Assembly (NCBI GenBank): GCA_964016885.1
Contig: OZ024742.1
Location: 256,804,001-256,868,000, forward strand
Source of the DNA: Eledone cirrhosa
Lineage: Eukaryota
Direction of reading: 5' to 3'
Length of the DNA stretch: 64,000 nucleotides
The position numbers and the translations under genes were made by a program. Positions 60,751 to 64,000 of the stretch are shown in pieces. A model generated the notes under the pieces. The model did not search any database, had not been told where the DNA came from, and saw only the letters and a program-made list of their open reading frames with translations. Position 1 is the first letter of the stretch; each line of letters opens with the position of its first letter.

Positions 60751-60989
60751 TTTCCTGCCAGTGGCATATCAAATAAAGTAATATTCATCTGAGGAAGCCG
60801 TTCTCATAATCAACAGCAAATGCATGGAGAACCGTAGAATAATTATTATGATTAAACGATATATGTAACCTCAGCATGTTATTTTATTATTTTTATAAAA
60901 TTCTCCATCGTAACTAAAATAACGTTTGTTGAGAGCTTTCTCCTGCTTACTCCTGTTTTTACCAAAACAATCTTTTCAGACCACATACA

Positions 60990-62990
60990 GCTCCAGCACT
61001 GTTGAGCACTTTGAGAATAAACGGCTGAAAATAGGATGCAATCTTCTAGCATCGCTGAAGGACATTCCCTTGCCCAGCAAAAAGGAGTACACCAGACAGA
61101 TAATCCTTAAAATAGACTCGTTTGTATGCAGAATGCGATGGAAGGCCTTCCACTACGATGGGAAAACCCATACGAATGATGTGAACACTCACTGGCAGCC
61201 CGGACTGTACGTTCGGTTTTAAATCTAAAAAAATCCATCGCAAAACAAACTTATGGTGTGCTTTGAGAAAGAGATGGCCAATATTATTTCAGGCGTCAAA
61301 TTCATGAGTTTCCCGTCTAAGGAGCAGCCTCACCTCAAGAAACTGGCGAATAGGATCTCTGCAGTAAAACGCCCAGACGGAATTCTGGTTCATGCGGATA
61401 AAACGGGTAACCTCTACAACTTGGATGTGGCAACTTATAGAAAACGAATACTTAAGGAACTTAGAAATAATTACAGAAAAACTACACAGGCTAACCAAAC
61501 GACATTAACGAGCGGACTAATGGAATAGTGAATAAACTGAGCATTGCGGATAGGACCAGGCCTTATCAACTCAAAGAACCCCGTATCTTGCTGAAGGATC
61601 ACAAACCGAACTTCGAAACGGAACTCCCAGTCAGATGTATAGTACCATCAAATCTGACATCGGGTGTATTAGCAAGCAAATACTGGACAGAATCTTACCA
61701 ACCCTTAGGAAAAAGATCCAATTACAGCAATGTAACGGGGGAAGTGATTGAGTGGTTTAACGGCCTGCAGTGCAAAGGTAGGACACATTTTATACAGCTT
61801 GATATATGTAACTATTACGCATCCATATCGCCGGTGGTTCTTAACAAAGCACTTATGTTTGAACGCAGGCATACTGATTTAAACAGGGATTAAATTAACT
61901 TCATCCATACAGCCAGGAGGACACTGATAGCTTTCAATTTTGACATCATGATGGGATCTAGTGACTCGGCGCAGGTTTCTGACCTGGTGGGCCTCTACAT
62001 CCTCAGTGACCACCTGAAAAGCGAGATCCCATCGTTAGGTGTGGACTATACCGCGACGATGCGTTGTTTACGCTACTCGACCACAGCAACAGCATGATAA
62101 ATAGGACTAGAAATAACTTGATTACATTTTTCAAAAATATAGACCTCAGGATAGACAGAAAATAATAGAAAGGTAGTCAACTTCCTAGATGTTACACTCA
62201 ATCTAGAGTCTGGCCCCTACTACCCGTACCACAATCCGAACGAGTGCCTCAAGTACGTGAATGCCAACTCCAATCATACCGGGTAAGTCAGGAGGGCCAT
62301 TATTAATAGTGTATCCCGTAGGATTTCTTCTCTGTCAGCTAGCCAGGAAACCTTCCATAGCGTAGCTAGCTACTATAATGCTGCCCTTAGTAATGCTGGT
62401 ACGAAGAATGAATTAAGTTTATACCTAGTCTAATGAATTACGGTAACGCTGACGGTCACACTTCAGTGGGAATGAACGACAGGATCAACACGACTAGGAC
62501 TTCATTACTCGTCCCTGATACAACTCCACTGAGTAATCATGGATGAACTGCTAACCATGGCTTATCATGAAGTGACCGGACCTCGCCTATTTTGGAAAGC
62601 AGTGAAGCCGACACAGTGGAGCCGTGGGGGACATATGTGGGACCGGGAGTGAGCGTAGAATGTACTAACGCCTCCCTCGCTATGAGTGGTGACCACTCAG
62701 CTCGGGGTGCTCCGACCGGCGTAACCAGTCCAACAGGCAGCGACGAATTGGGGGTCATGGCTATTCCAGACGTCCACAGCGTATATATAACGCATGATCT
62801 GACGGGACGGGTGCAGGTACTGTTGACTACAACAAGAAGCGAACCCGTTCCCGTAATGTCATTTGGTTTACGCACCCCCCTTTACGCCGGTTTACGCAAC
62901 AACATAGCGGCCTCTTTCTTCAGGGCTTTGGATAAGCACTTACATAAGAAAAAAACCGGTACCACGCCATCTTCAATAGACTAAAATAGA
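60990..62990 (+). mobile_element. Penelope-like element (Naiad-type): N-terminus plus RT, decayed, with GIY-YIG missing
   Basis: SLKDIPLPSKKEY...DSFVCRMRWKA, VHADKTGNLY, LLKDHKPNF, FIQLDICNYYASIS, FDIMMGSSDSAQVSDLVGLYIL, GLYRDDAL, VNFLDVTLNL and WFTPP-like motif at ~62865. Confidence 0.9.
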
Positions 62991-63493
62991 TTAAAAATCG
63001 TCCGCAACTCCAGGGGAAACAGCAACCGTGAGAAGACGCACTGAAAGCTTTGATCATTGCTGACCAATGATATAATATATATATATACTGATATAATAGC
63101 GAAGTGAGGTTTTGCTGTTCTGCCCCAGTAATCATAGCATCAATAATCTCTTTGCTTCTGGACTGGGCTATCGGACGCGAAATGTGTACGTAGTTCCAAT
63201 TAGAATCGAATATAATATTATTTATGATGGTTATGTTCTGAGTCTTATTACTGGCTTATAATTCATGAGTTTCACTTATATTATAATTGTATGATTAGAC
63301 ATGTGTTATGATTGGTGATGGTATAAGTAGACATGCAAACATCTAGAGTAAGTTAACTCAATTATAAACCAAAATAAATGATTTCAAATCCGACTTGATA
63401 TTGAATATTTATTCCTACGTCCAACAACATGCATGCATAAATAAATAAATAAATAGATAAATACAGACACACACATCACACATAGACACACGC

Positions 63494-63595
<102 letters not shown>

Positions 63596-63603
63596 GTGTG
63601 TGT

Positions 63604-63649
<46 letters not shown>

Positions 63650-64000
63650 CTGTGTGTGTGTGTGTACATACACAATGTCTTTTGTGTCAACGGCGGAAAA
63701 CTTTTAGAGTTGAAATTCAGAAATAATTTCCACATCCATTTATTCCTTGCACGAAATTTTTAATATATTTTTATATTTGAATGCTCAATCTTGCCTTTGT
63801 TGTTTGACTTCAAGTATTTCGTGATATTTTCTTCGTGATATGTCCGTGTTTTAATGTATTTTGCCATCAGTAATTACGAATTATTTAAAACCCGCAAGGA
63901 AAATATATGTTCACTGATTATTTCTTTACTATCCTATTCCTTTATATATATATGTGTATCTCTCTTACTTCAAATACATATGCATAGAACTGTTCCAAAT

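Noticed and set aside
60785-60852. Hammerhead upstream of the PLE at 60990 (tcat CTGAGGA...gttctc/gagaac...gaataattattatga)
   Set aside because: The GAAA is not intact and the base of stem II is unpaired. It may be a decayed HHR but cannot be supported.

Overview
AT-rich animal genomic DNA, probably octopus (inferred from an OK-type tRNA-derived SINE). It is dense in (TA)n/(CA)n microsatellites, and I can support no intact host gene. Most non-microsatellite sequence is retroelement debris: about nine fragments of Penelope-like elements (PLEs; RT plus GIY-YIG, mostly of the Naiad type with a CxC-x5-C linker), an L1/Tx1-type LINE fragment, mariner remnants, SINEs and many fold-back repeats. Main finding 1: one PLE family has an in-frame TGA at the middle Cys of the CxC-x5-C motif in both of its copies (11991, 42655). 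At 42655 it is the only break in a ~1 kb reading frame, and a SECIS-like stem-loop lies ~100 nt after the stop codon. This is a candidate selenoprotein-encoding retrotransposon. Main finding 2: more than 20 type I hammerhead ribozyme (HHR) motifs occur. They include tandem arrays of 310 bp and 657 bp units with one HHR each (non-LTR retrozyme-like), and a PLE tail HHR with a rare U3-A8 core variant. All calls and base pairings were made by eye, and boundaries are approximate.
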